From: Rebecca billardiae RCC1528
Taxonomy: Eukaryota; Protista; Haptophyta
Reading direction: 5' to 3'
Length of the DNA: 64,000 bases
NCBI GenBank assembly: GCA_965240325.2
Contig: OZ251243.1
Coordinates: 1,302,001-1,366,000 of the forward strand
The stretch's first letter is position 1; every line of letters begins with the position of its first letter. A program made the translations under genes and the position numbers. This document shows, one piece after another, positions 1 through 12,020 of the stretch. Under the pieces are notes generated by a model, which was not told where the DNA came from, made no database searches, and worked only from the letters and a program-made list of their open reading frames with translations.

Positions 1-2875
1 CCCGTCGGCGCCTGCTGCAGCAGCTCGAGGAAGTCCTCGCCCTCGAGCTCGAGCTCGGCGAGCGTCTCGTCGAGCTGCGAGTCGAGCGTCGCCGCGTACA
101 CCTCGTGCAGCGCCTGCTGCTGCGCGCGGTCGGCCGCGCCCTCGCCCCTCGCAAACGCGGGCGCGTGCGTGTCAAAGAAGGGCGGGACGACGCGCACCCA
201 TCCGTCGTGCGAGCCCACGCGCCGCAGCGCCGACTCGGCCTCGGCACTGAGCGCGCCGCCGCCCGCGCCCGGCTGCCCCTGCGCCGCCGCGCCGCCGCCG
301 CCGCCGCCGCTGCTCGCCTTCATCTGCTCCTCGTCGTAGACCAGCACCCACTTGCCCTCCACCATGCGCTTGCCGATCGGCACGCGCGCCTCGTACCGCG
401 CGGAGGCGGGCGGCTCGAGCTCGGACTCCTCGAGCTCGGCCTCCTCGTAGTCGGGCGGGAGCGAGGTCGGGTTCTGCGGCTCGCCCAGCGCGAGCCGCTC
501 CGCGCCCGGCCCGACCAGCCGCACCTCCCAGCGCAAGAAGTCCTCGGGCGGCATGAGCGACCAGTGCGGCCGCTCGAGCGCGTCGTCGTCCGCGTTAAAG
601 TCGTACACCTCCTCCCACTTGTTCACACAGGGGTCGAGCCCCGCGGCGGAGAAGTGCGCGGCGGCGCCGGGGTACCACGCGTTCCACCGCTCGAAGCGCA
701 TCGAGGTGGACGTCTCGACGATCGGGCCGAGCGTGTGCACGAACAGGTCGCAGAACGTGCACGCGCGCGTGCGCAGCTGGCGGCACGCGACGCTCAGCAT
801 GCACGCCTCGCAGTCGCGCAGGAAGACCGAGCCGTTCACGGGGCCAATCAGGAAGCGGCAGTTCTTGCAGTCGTCGATGGTGACCTGCGACGTCACGTCC
901 ATCAGCAGCACCTCGCAGTTGTTCAGCCCGGAGATCTCGAACGCCGAGCCCTTGAGCTCGCCGCTGTACCGCGCGACCGTCACGTCCACGAGGTTGCGCA
1001 CCGCCACGCGCTCGTCGACCGGAGGGCCGTCCGCGCCGACGGCCGCGGCGCCGTCCGCGGGCCCGGGTGCGGCGCCGCCGGCCTCCTCCGCCGCGCCGCC
1101 GCCGCCGCCGCCGGCGCCCGCCGCTGGCTGCGCCGCCGCCGCCGTGCTGTGCAGCTCGGCCACCTCGAGCTCCTCCTCCTCGTCCTCCTCCGCCACCAGC
1201 TCGATCGAGTCCTCGACGACGGAGTCGGCGGCGGAGGCGTCGTCGCGCTGCCCGTCGTGCCCGTCGTGCGGCGTGACGCGCACGGCGGGCGGGGCGGCGC
1301 TCGTGGGCGCGGTGGGCGAGGCGCCCCGCTCCGAGCCGCGCCCCTCCGCCTCCTCGTCCTCCTCCTCGGCGGCGAAGTCGTCGTCCTCGCTGTACGCGTC
1401 CTCGGCCACGTCCGCGCCGCTGCCCTCGGCATCGCTGTCGGGCTCTGGCTGGAAGGCCTGCAACGGGTCCGCGCCCGCGCCGCTGCCTGCGCCGCTGCTC
1501 GAGCCACGAGAGAGCGCGCCGCCGCCGCGGCCGCCGCCGAGCTCGCCCTCCGCCGCGGCCCCGTGCCGCGCCGCCGCGCCGCCCGGGCCCGGGCTCGCTC
1601 CCTTCGCGGCGTCGTCCGCTCCGCCCGAGGCCTCGAGCTCCTCCACCTCCTCCTCGAGCGACTGTATCGAGTGCGCGTCGAGGCTCTCCAGCTCCTCCGC
1701 CTCGTCCGCGTCCCCGCCCACGCCGACACGCGCGGCCTTTGCCTCCTCCGCCTCCGCCTCCGCCTCCGCCTTTGCGGCCGCCTCCGCGGCGGCGGCGGCC
1801 TCCGCCTCCGCCGCCGCCTTCGCCGCCGCCTCCTCCTCCGCCTTCGCCTTCGCTGCCGCCTCCGCCGCCGCGGCCGCCGCCGCGGCGGCAGCTGCCTCCG
1901 CCTCCGCCTTTGCTTTTGCCTCGGCCTCCGCCTTCGCCGCGGCCTCCTCCTCGGCCTTCGCCTTCGCCTCTGCCTCCGCTGCCGCCTCGGCCTCGGCGGC
2001 GGCGGCCTTCGCGGCGGCCTCCTCCTCGGCCTTCGCCTTGGCTGCCGCCTCCGCCTCGGCGGCGGCCCTCGCCTTCGCCTCCGCCTCCGCCTCGGCCTCC
2101 GCCTCCGCCTTGGCCGCCGCCTCGGCCTCGGCCTCCGCCTCCGCCTTGGCCGCGGCCTCCTCCTCCTCCTCCTTCGCCGCCGCCGCCTCCTCCTCCTCGC
2201 GCCGCGTCGCCTCGCTCACCGCGCGCGCCCTCGCCCCCCAGCGCGCGTCGTCCTCCCCGGGCAGCGGCGAGGGCGCGTCCACGTCCACGGGTGGCAGCTC
2301 CTCGAACCGGTCGCCCACCACCTTGCCCTCGCGCGGGGAGGAGCAGGCGGAGCCGCCCGCGCCGGAGGGGTCGGGCGGCGGGATGGCGAGGGAGAGCCCG
2401 GCGCCGCCCGGCCCGAAGGGCGAGCGCCCCACTTCGCCGTGCTCCGACGTCAGCGGCTGCACCCTGCGCGAGGCCGCCTCGTCGCGCATGGCTGCGCTGA
2501 ACTCGTCCGCGTCGTCCAGCGCCCACAGCAGCCGCAGCACGCGCAGCGCGGGCTTGTCGAGGCCCGGCGGCGGCTCGCCCTCGGAGGCCGACTCGAGTAG
2601 CGCGCGCAGGAACGCCTCGTGCGCCACGCCGCACGCGTCGAGCGCCTCGGAGAGCGCGCCCTCCGCCACTTCCTGGAAAGCGCCGTGCGCGTCGTCCTGC
2701 GCGAGCGCAGCCGTGGCAGAGCGCGAGGCGCCCGGCGCGAAGAGCGGCAGCGCGCGCTCGAGCAGCGGCTCCACGTCCGCCTCCCACGCCTCCGAGCGCG
2801 CGAGCACGTTCAGCACGCGCTCAAACTCCGCGCCGCCGCCGCCGGCCGAGCGGCCCGAGCGAGCGCGCGCGCGCT

Positions 2876-2915
<40 letters not shown>

Positions 2916-3634
2916 CTCCTCCTCGGCGTCGGCGTCGTCAGCGGGCTGCACGCCGAGGCGCGGGACGAGGCCGATCGGCGGCGCCCCCTGCGCGCGGCGC
3001 GGCGGCTCCTCCTCCTCCTCCTCCTCCGCCTCCTCCTCCGCCTCGGCCTCCTCCCACGCGTACCGCACGCGCAGCTCTCCGGAGATCAGCTCCACCCAGC
3101 ACTCGCGCGAGGGCGCGTCGGCGAGGGCGAAGACGGCCTTGCCGAGGAACTCGTCGGCGTGCGCGCCGCCCTTCGCGCCGCCAGGCGCGCGGAGGTACAC
3201 GTCGAGCACGATGGACGCGTCCGCCGCGACGTCATCGCTGCGCGGCGCGGCGCGGCGGCGCGGCGCACGGCGCGGCGCGGCGCGCGGCTCAGCTGCGCCG
3301 CCGGCGGCAACCCGCGCCCACACACCCCGGCGCACCACGGCTCGTCGAGCCCACCGCCACCCACCACCGCGCGCCGCGCCACGCGCCGCCTCGCGCGCGC
3401 GCGCGCCGCGCTCGGCGCGGGTGTGCTCACGCACAGGAGGATCTCCTCGCCCCAGCGGAAGGCGCGCTCGGCCTCGACCGGCGTGTTGCGGCCGCGCTTG
3501 AAGCGGCGGCGGAGGGCCTCCTTGACGCAGACGCGCACGTACGCGTCGTGCTCCGAGCCGTCGAGCTCGAGCTCCGACGGCGCGATCTCGCGCGCCTCGA
3601 CGAGCTCGAGCCGAACGTCGCCGCGGCGCGGCAT
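1..3634 (-). CDS. C2 + BART + Glu/Ala coiled-coil + TBCC/RP2-like (C-CAP/cofactor C) + second BART domain protein; 3' end beyond window
   Basis: ATG at 3634 and GT-AG intron 3434..3238 join a C2-like segment (VRLELVEAREI..DAYVRV..FRWGEEILL/DDV..IVLDVY..DEFLGKAVF). The frame then stays open to base 1. BART-like segments at ~2830-2480 (SEAWEADVEPLLERALPLF..HGAFQEVAEGALSEAL..EFSAAMR) and ~215-1 (DGWVRVVPPFFDTHAPAF..LHEVYAATLDSQLDETL..EDFLELL). TBCC/RP2 domain at ~1010-560 (VTIDDCKNCRFLIGPVNGSVFLRDC..ACRQLRTRAC..PIVETS..NKWEEVYDF). The full frame is missing from the ORF track because it has no stop in the window. Confidence 0.85.
1730..2200 (-). repeat. Low-complexity EAEAAAK-type coding repeat (coiled-coil linker)
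   Basis: Runs of gcctcc/gccttc/gccgcc on the + strand encode E/A/K repeats on the - strand. Confidence 0.8.
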
Positions 3635-4080
3635 GCTGATGGGCTGCGGCTCAGCGCGCTGCGCCGGCGTTCAAGCGGCGGGGCGAGGGCCGCGCGCGGC
3701 ACCGGGCAACCGCTCGGCGCTGCTGACCAGGCGCTGCGGCGGAGCCTCAAGGCGCCCGGACCCGTGGCAAGTGGCACAGTGCCGGGCACCGTGCGACAGG
3801 CTGTCGTCCGGCGACTCGTGCTGACTTGACTCTGTACGGTCATGACAGTATGACAGCTGCCCGCGCTCAGGCTGCGACCCTCCGCGCCGGTCCGCGCGCC
3901 GGCCGCTGAGCCGTGAGCGCCCGTGAGCCGGCGCTGCGCCCTAGCAGCGGTCCGAGCCGCCGGCGCCTGCCGGTCCGCGACGGCATGAGGCGAGGACCGG
4001 CGCTGCGCTGCATCCGACCGCGGCACGAGCTCCCCACCCCATCCCCCCCCGCTAGCCGTGAGCGTCCCCGGCCCGCCCCC

Positions 4081-5021
4081 CTAGTCGTCGTCGGCCAGGT
4101 AGGAGACGGCCGCGTCCACCTTGTGGATCTTGGTGGTGAACGAGCGCAGCTTCACCTCCTCCGACTTTGCAATGTACTTGGGGTCGGACTCCTCCCACGC
4201 GGCGGGCACGTTGACGTCGGTGTCGGTGTACACGAGCAGGTCGAACGTGCACGGCTCGTCGAGCAGCGGCAGGAACGTGACGGACGCGGTGATCTGCCGG
4301 ATGATCGCCTGGATCTCCGAGGTGAGCTCCTTCTCCGGCCGGGCGGGCACGCTGGCCCCGCCCTCCACCTTGTCGGCGCGCACGTCGAAGACCCAGCGCT
4401 CGAGGGTCTTGCCCGACTCCTGGCCCGCGATCACGACGACCAGCTTCTGCACCGACTTGTCCAGCAGCCACACTGCGCGCACGCCGCCGCACAGCACGCG
4501 CACGCACGCACGCACCGGGGGGCCGCCGTGAGCGCGCCGGCGCGCGCGCCGGGCGCGGCGCCGGCCAAAGGGCGCGCGCGCAGCCACGCCGCCCTCGCCC
4601 TCGCGCCCTCACGCGCGCGGCGCGCGGCGCGGCGCGCGTACTCGAGAGCTGCGCGAGCACCTGCTCGAGGTAGTCCGTCAGCCCCTGGTCGGTGGTGACG
4701 AGCATGGTGAGGCCGTACTTGTTCACCTTCTTGAACGTCTCGGGCGGGTAGATGCCGCGCTGGTACAGGATGCTGCGGAGGGCGGGGCGGGGCGGGCGGG
4801 CGTCGTCACGCACGCACGCACGCACGCACGCCGGGCGGCACGCGCGCCGCCGGGCGTGCCGCGCGCCGCGCGGCCGCGGCGGCGCGTCGTCGCGCCGCGC
4901 GGCGCGGCGCGCCGCGCGCCGCGCTTCGCGCTCACCTGTTCACCGAGTAGCCGAAGAACTCGGTGACGATCTCGACGGAGCCGCGCAGCGTGATCGACGT
5001 CTTCTGCGCCGTTGACGCCAT
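4081..5021 (-). CDS. MAD2: Mitotic spindle assembly checkpoint protein MAD2 (HORMA domain), 3 exons
   Basis: Exons 5021-4936, 4772-4642 and 4472-4081 with GT-AG introns. Translation: MASTAQKTSITLRGSVEIVTEFFGYSVNSILYQRGIYPPETF..KYGLTMLVT..LERWVFDV..EIQAIIRQITASVTFLPLL..FDLLVYT..WEESDPKYI..VKLRSFTTKIHKVD. Confidence 0.97.
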
Positions 5022-5279
5022 CGCGACGCCGCACCGCCCGGCGCTGCCGCCGCGCTGCCCTCGCGCTTGCCTCGAGGTGGCGAGACCGCGTGCGCTCCGC
5101 TTCAGCAGCGCGCCACCATGCGCCGCTTGCGCTTTCTCGCGGTCGGTGCGTTTCGGCCTGCCGAGCCGCGCGCGACTCGCGCGAGATCAGCCCCTTCCTG
5201 GCAGTGGCGAGTGCCGCCGGACTCGCCGCGGGCGCAAACAACAGTGAGCAAGGATGGCGGAGCGCCAGGGCGGACGGCC

Positions 5280-8200
5280 ATGAGGACGGGCGCGGCGAGG
5301 GCGGCGCGGCGCGGCTCCGCGCTCGCGCTCGCGCTCGCGCTCGCGCTCGCGCTCGTGCCCCGCCGCGCCGCCGCGTGGTGGGCCACGCCGCCGCCGCTCG
5401 ATCTCCCGTCGGGAGATTTTGACGTCACGCCCGAGGTGGGCGCGGGCGCGCGCGGCGGCCACGCGCGGCGCGCCGGCTCGGCCGCGCGCAACGGCTCGGC
5501 GGCGGAGGCGTTCGGCGGGGTGGGCCCGGCGCCGTACGACGCGCGCGCGTGCGCCGCGCCCATCCCCGCCAACTGGAACACGCACAGCGCGCTCCGCCAG
5601 TGGCTGCGCCGCGCGCCGCGCGTGTTCAACCCGTCGGTCACGTTTGTGCCGCCAGCCGCGCGCGCCGCGCCGGGCGCGCCGCCGTACCTCGCGCTCGCGC
5701 GCTCGGGCGGCGCGCCGCACGACACGTGCCGCGACCCGCGCCTCGCGCTGTGGGGGCTCGCGCCCGCCGGCGGCCGCCTCGTCCAGGCCACGCGCGTCGT
5801 CCTGTTTGTGCCGGCCGTGCGCGTGTCGGCGCTCTGGGCGCGCGCGGCGGGCGCGGCGGCCGCGGACGGCGGCGGCGGTGGCGGTGGCGTGGGCGGCGTG
5901 GGGGCGCGGGGCTGCCTGAAGGCGCGGCGGCGGTACCCCGAGTGCTGCCTCCACGCGCGCCTCGCCGAGGACCCGCGCCTCTTCTGGCTCCCGCCGCCGG
6001 GCGGCGCGCACACAGGCGTCCCCCCGTGGTCGCTGTGGTCGGTGTTCCACGCGCACAGAGGCATGCATGTGCAGCGGCTGCTGCCGAGCACGGCGCGGCC
6101 GGTGGCGCTGCGCCCGCCGCGGGAGCTGCGCGCGCTGCTCGGCGCCAACGAGAAGAACTGGGCGCCGTGGGCCGCGTTCCCGCCGTGGGAGCACGCGCGC
6201 CAGGGCGAGGGCGCGGCCGCGGCCGCGGCCGCGGCCGCTGCGGAGGGCGGCGCGGAGGTGGAGGGCTGGGCGGAGGTGGAGGGCGGCGCGGAGGTGGAGG
6301 GCTGGGCGGAGGTGGAGGGCGGCGCGGAGGTGGAGGGCTGGGCGCTCTTCTCGCACGCGGTGTTCCCGCACCACACCGTCCTCAACTGCTCGCTCGGCGC
6401 GCCCAGCCGCGCGGCGCGCCGCGCGCGCGCCGCCGACGGCGCGCCCCCGGGCGGCTGCCGCCTCGTCGGCCGCACCGGCTGGCACGCGCGCGCGGCGCGC
6501 TGGCTGCGGCCGTTGGCAGACGCGTGCGCGCGCGGCGGCGGTGGCGGCGAGGAGGCGGGCGGCGGGGGCGGCGCGGACGAGGGCGCAGACACCGGGGCCA
6601 CCGACGCCGCCGAGCAGCCCTCCACCGACCCCGGCGCAGCCCCCGTCGGCGCGGACGGCGGCGGCGGTGGCGGCGGTCGGCAGGGCGGTGCGGGCGTGTG
6701 GACACACTCGCGCAACGGCAAGCATGGCTGCCAGTGGGGCGCTCACCTCTCCACCAACCTGCTGCCCACGCTGCTGCCGGCGCAGGCGCGCGGCTGGGGC
6801 GGCGTGTGCGCCTCGTGGGCGTACGTGGGCGTGTGGGCGGTCAAGGACTACCTGCACTCCACGTACACACCCTACTGGTGAGCGCACGCACCACACACCA
6901 CACAGCGCTGGGCGGCGCGGGGGCCGTAGCAACGCGGCCGCGCGTGTGCGCGCGCAGTGCAGCGCAGCGCAGGCTGTCAGTCGCGCTCGGCGCCGCGCGC
7001 GCCCGCCCGCGCGCCCGCGCGCAGAGCGCCGCCGCAGCCGCGCTCAGCCTCGCCCACGCCGTGGGCCGTGCCGCACCCCCCGCCCCGCGCCCACGCGCGC
7101 GCTGTGCTCTGCCGCGCTGCGCGTGTGTGCTGTGCGCGCGTGTGTGCTGTGCGCGTGCCGTGCGCGCGTGCCCCTCTGCAGGTTCGCCGTCTCCGCGTGT
7201 GCGCCCCACGCCCTGGTTGGGCTCTCGCGCACGCCGCTGCCGCTGCCCGCGCCGCCCGGCCCGTGCGAGCTGGGCCTGGGCACGCAGTGCGTGGCGTACG
7301 TCACCGGGCTGCACCCCGTCGGAGCGCGCGCGCCCGGGCCCGCAGGCGGCGGCGCAGTCGCGGGCGGCGCGCGCGTGGGCGTGGGCTACGGCTGGCGCGA
7401 GGCAGAGTCGCGGCTGCTGGTGCTGCGGTGGGCGGAGGTGCTGGGGACGATGGCGTGGCGGCGGGGCGGCCACGAGGGCGACGAGGCGGCCGCGGCGGAG
7501 GAGGCGGAGGAGGAGGCGCGCGACGCAGCGCGCGCCGACAGCAGTCCCCTCCTCGCCGTGCGCGCGCTGCGGCCGGTGGCGCCGATCGCGGAGCGGGCGG
7601 CGGCGCCGGCGCCGGGCGCGCCGCGTGCGCGGCCGCGCGCGCTCGTGCTCGCGTGCTGGCGGGGGCTCGGCTGCGACCTCGCCGCGGCGGCGGCGGCGGC
7701 GATGCGCGCGCAGCTGTGCGGCTGGGGCGTGGCGCAGCGCGCGGCGGCAGCCAACGGCACGGCGGCGCCCGAGGCGTGGGCGCTGCGCCCGTGCGCGCGC
7801 TGGCTGCGCGCCGCGTGCATCGACTACTGCGCACTCGCGCAGCCAGCCGGCGGCGCAGCGCGCGCGTGCGCGCACCGCCCTGCGGCTTTGAGCGTGTGCG
7901 CAGCCGCCGGGCTCGGCGCCGTCGAGCCCGGCGGCGCGGCCGCGGGCTGGTCCGACGGCGCGACACCCCCGGCCGCCCACGCGCCCGACGACGCGCCCGA
8001 CGACGACGGCGGCGTGCGCGCTGCCCCCGCCCCCGCCCCCGCCCTGCTGCTGCTGCTCGCCGTGGACCCGAGCGCGGCCGCGCTGCGCGAGCTGCTGGGG
8101 CGGCTCTCGGCGCGCGCGCTGCTCGTGGTGCGGGACCCGCGCGATGCGCTGGTGTGGTGGGCGCGCGCGGCCGCGCCGCCGGGCGCGGCGGCGCTCGACG

Positions 8201-8580
8201 CCGCCGCGCTCGACGCCGCGCTGCCGCTCGTCGAGGCGCGCGTCGCGGCGGCGCGCGCGGCCGGCGCCGAGCCCGCGTGCCTCACGGCGCGCGCGGAGGA
8301 GCTGGTGGGCGCGGGGGCGGACGCGGCGCGGCGCGTGTCGCTGTGGCTGCTGCCCGAGCGCGCGCGCGACCTCGCGCAGTGCGCGTTCAGGGGCGCGGCC
8401 GCCGCCGCCGCGCTCGCCGCGAACGGCAGCCTGGGGCCGCGCGCGGACGTGGGCGCGCAGGGCGCGTGGTGCGGCGCCGCGGCCGCGCGGCCGTCGCCCT
8501 TCGAGGCCGCGGCGCGGCGCTGGCGGCACGCGCTCGAGCGGTGGGGCTACGCGCGCTGCACGTGCGCCGCGGCGCGCTGA
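5280..8580 (+). CDS. Secreted/membrane-anchored GH130/beta-mannosyltransferase-like propeller protein with degenerate sulfotransferase-like C-terminus, 2 exons
   Basis: Hydrophobic N-terminus (ALALALALALALVP). Motifs VFNPS, AEDPRLF, EKNWAPW, YVTGL and VGYGWREAES. Intron 6878..7181 (gtgagc..ctgcag) restores the frame (YW/FAVSACAPHALVGLS). C-terminal LLVVRDPRDAL..RAEEL..RWGY. Confidence 0.6.
6243..6345 (+). repeat. 36-bp coding tandem repeat (EGGAEVEGWAEV) x ~3
   Basis: gagggcggcgcggaggtggagggctgggcggaggtg repeated in tandem. Confidence 0.9.
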
Positions 8581-8849
8581 CGGCGTCGGCGCGAGGCACT
8601 CGCACGCACGGAGCAGTCACCATCGTCGCTCCCACTCGCACCGACCATCGCAAGCGGGCCACGCGCTCCCCGCGCCGAAGAATCGGGAATCACACTTGAA
8701 TACCACCGCAGATACTACTGTTACCCGCAAGTGTATGATGAGATCTGGGCCCTGAATCCCTGATCAGTGACCGGGCGGCGAACGGGCACGTGTTTGTCCC
8801 TCCCGCGAATCCTCGCGCGATTCATCGGGCAGCACGCGGCCGCGAGCCG

Positions 8850-9659
8850 ATGCACCGACGCCATGCGCGCGCGCTGCTCGGCGTGCTGGCGGTAGCGACG
8901 GCGAGCCGCGCGGCGACGCCGCCCGCGCGGCTGAGCGAGTGGTGGCACGCCGCGTCGCACGCGCCCCGCCGCCTCGCGGCGCACAGCGCCGTCGCGCGGA
9001 TCGCCGGCTGCGCGGGCGCGGCGCCGCGGCCGCTCAGCGGCGCGCGCGCGCGCTGGGAGGAGCGGCTCGCCGAGCTCGCGCGGTACGAGGCGGCGCACGG
9101 GCACGCGAGCCCGCCGCTGAACACGCCCCTCGGCCGCTGGGTCGCCACGCAGCGCCGCCGCCGCTGCGAGGGCTCGCTGCCCGCGCGCGAGGCGGCGGCG
9201 CTCGAGACGATGCGCTCGTGGGCGTGGCGGCTCGAGCCCTCCGACCTGCCGTTCGACGAGGCGTCGGCGCGGCTGCGCGGGTACGTGGAGCTGCACGGCG
9301 ACGCGCTCGTGCCCAAGAAGTACGAGGCGGACCCGCTGCTCGGCGCGTGGGTCGCCGCCGTCCGCCGCCGGCCCGACCGGCTGAGCGCGGCCGAGCGCTC
9401 GGAGCTCGAGACGCTCGGCTTTGCGTGGACGGCGGCGCGCGCGTGCGGCTCGCAGTTCATGGTGGGGCTGCGCGCGTACAAGGAGGCGAAGGCGGCGGGC
9501 GCGCAGCCCGACGGCCGCTGGGCGCACGCGCAGCGCCGCGCGCGCCTGCTGGGCAAGCTCTCGCCCCTGCGCGTCGACTACCTCGACGGCGCCGGCTTCG
9601 AGTGGGACGGGCCAGACGGGGCGCGCGGCGGCGACGGCGACGCGGCCGCGCTGAGCTGA
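8850..9659 (+). CDS. Helicase-associated (HA) domain repeat protein with N-terminal signal-like sequence
   Basis: WEERLAELARYEAAHGH..LGRWVATQR..LETM; FDE..LRGYVELHGDALVPKKY..LGAWV..LETLGFAW; third repeat ending YLDGAGFEW. N-terminus ALLGVLAVATASRA. Confidence 0.85.
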   Translation: MHRRHARALLGVLAVATASRAATPPARLSEWWHAASHAPRRLAAHSAVARIAGCAGAAPRPLSGARARWEERLAELARYEAAHGHASPPLNTPLGRWVATQRRRRCEGSLPAREAAALETMRSWAWRLEPSDLPFDEASARLRGYVELHGDALVPKKYEADPLLGAWVAAVRRRPDRLSAAERSELETLGFAWTAARACGSQFMVGLRAYKEAKAAGAQPDGRWAHAQRRARLLGKLSPLRVDYLDGAGFEWDGPDGARGGDGDAAALS

Positions 9660-10105
9660 GGCGGGGGGATGGATGGCCGCGGCGGCGGGCCGCGGGCACG
9701 GTGCATCATGGGCGGCGGGGCGGGTGGCGAGTGCGTACATACCCACGTGCGAGAACACGTACGACTATGAGGCGACGACGGCGGCGCGTGTGAGCACCCG
9801 CTGACATACATCCCGACGATCCTAGCAGCGTAGTACTCGCAGCCGCGAGGCGGTGGTGTCGCGGTAATAACTACATCAGGACGGCGTGGAGCATCGCATG
9901 GGGGCGCTGAGCCTGGCGAGTGGCGGGCGGAGCTGCTGGCGCGCGGCGTGCTGGCGCGTGGAACACGGGCCGTCGACCAAGCAAGTTGCACTACAGTCAG
10001 CGACAGTACGGTGCCCCTCGCCCTCGGAGGCTGAGTCATCTGGAGTGACTGCTTATATATAGCCCAGTGCTACTTATATATATATATATTAACGACATAT
10101 ATATA

Positions 10106-11493
10106 TGGGTCGATTTTTTTGGCTTCGGCGCACGGAGCGCCGATCTCGTCAAAGAGCGGCCATCGTGAAAGCGCGCGAAAGTTGCGTTCGCGGGGGCTCG
10201 CGCTGCCGCGGTCGTGCGACGCGGGCGAAGGGCGCGCGGCCCCTCGCGCTGGTCGGCGGTGACGAGGACACCCAGGTGCGCCATCTCGCGCGCCGTCACG
10301 CCCCTCTCCGCGTCTTCCTCGCGCACACGCAGCGATTGCATTTGGATGTTGCATTCTTGCGCATGCTTGCGCGCCACGTTGCGGGACGAGAAAAAGCGTC
10401 ATACGGTTGGGTTTGGCAGTTTGAGATGGTTCAGATGATGTTGTGACAGGAACTGGAAGACCCAACCGTATGACCCCCCACCAGCGCGCGCTACACGCAT
10501 CACGCGCTCTCCGCGCAGGTGAGCTTGAAAAATTGAAGCTGCTGCTCCTCTGCAAGGGCATCGAGGCGAGCGGCGGCTAGCATGACGCAGCGCTCTCCCC
10601 AGCTGTCACGGCCAGCCACCTGCACCCAGCTGTGCTTGCACTCGCCTTGAGTGTGTGCACGGTTAACGTGTCGACGGTGCTCGGCGGTGTGTTTTTGCCT
10701 GCTGGTTGGTACGCACGCAGCATGGGCCCACAGTTGAGTTGGGGTGCGTGCCGTGGCTGTGGCGCGCACGCGATCGACCCATACTACACACGCACAGCGC
10801 AGCTCGGCATCGTTACCGTCTTCAAACGTTGGCCACCGCTTATTTCATATTTGCTATCCGCGTGCGGCGATCGTCGGCTCCGAGCAATCCACGAGGATGA
10901 CAATAGGCGGTGCGTACGCTCTGTGACGGCGTTGGGCGCGGCGCCTGCTGGCTGTGCAGTCGCGCCTGGGTACGGCTCACATGCTGCGCAGCGGCGGATA
11001 CCAGTCTGATGCGGCTTGACGCACGGGCAGTCATCTGCTTTGCTGTGCACGCGTGGCCGGCTGATCATCCTTTCGCAACGCGTGTCTGCACGTGCAGTGA
11101 CTGCTCCCAGATGGGCTCGACGCGAGGCAAACGCGTGCGAGACTCATCGATATGGAGCTCCCCTCCAGGCAAGCGAGCGTTTGAGCGCGCTCACCTCACT
11201 CATGCCTACCCACGCGCATGTTTGCGCGGCCCACTGGTTCGAATGGTTCGACGAGGTCGGTGCGGCGTGCTCGTGGGCAGGAGTGCGCGCTCAGTCGACG
11301 GTCAAGACGCGCGCCACGAGGAGCAGTCATGTGCCCAAGGTCGCTCGACCAGCGCGCGACCAACGGCACCCGCGTAGGGCAGCGCAGGAGCTCGCGTTTG
11401 ACACAGTGGAGCGCCACTGGGGCGGACGGGCGCCATGGGCGCCCATCGGCGCTACCAGCCCTCCCGTGCGCCGAAGCCTAAAAAATTGACCCA
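10106..11493. mobile_element. Non-autonomous TIR DNA transposon (~1.39 kb) inserted in a TA microsatellite
   Basis: Left end tgggtcgatttttttggcttcggcgcacgg. Reverse complement of right end tgggtcaattttttaggcttcggcgcacgg (2 mismatches in 30 bp). TA runs on both sides, lower-GC interior, no intact ORF. Confidence 0.85.
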
Positions 11494-11634
11494 TATGTAT
11501 ATATATATATATGTATATATATATAATCATCATCATATTATTATTTAGTATAGCTCTCTCATCTCTCGTCCGTCTCAGCTCACTGACTGTCTGACAGAGT
11601 CTCTCTCTCTCTCTCTCTGGCTCTCTTACTCTCG

Positions 11635-11674
<40 letters not shown>

Positions 11675-12020
11675 CTAGCTAGCTACTACCGTAGCTACTC
11701 GGCGCTGCGTCGAGTCTCAGACGTCTGTCTGCTGCGCAGCCTGCTGCTATATATATACAGCTTTCGCACAGCCGCTGATGCTCATAAGCTCATATCAGTC
11801 ACAGACAGCCGATCGATAACTCACTGCTGCGCGCTACAGCTGCAGTTGCAGTTGCAAGTGTCGCACGACTGTGCAGCAGCATACTCGATAATACTGTAGT
11901 CCCGCGCAACTAACCGGCGCGCGCGGCGAACGCGCACGCTACAGTGCTGCGCGGCGCTCGCTCGCGCTCATGATGCAGCGCAGATGATCAGCATATGATG
12001 ATGATGATATATGATGATCA
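11494..12020. repeat. Microsatellite/low-complexity patch: (TA)n, (CT)n, (ATG)n
   Basis: Directly visible runs at 11497-11525, 11600-11620, 11640-11670 and ~11995-12020. Confidence 0.85.

Noticed and set aside
105-3501. Long + strand ORFs (831 aa, 982 aa)
   Set aside because: Antisense shadows of the minus-strand C2/BART/TBCC gene. Stop codons are rare at this GC content.
11200-11250. HVCAAHWF as a THAP zinc-finger remnant
   Set aside because: The other THAP residues (N-terminal CxxxC, W, AVP) were not found in frame.
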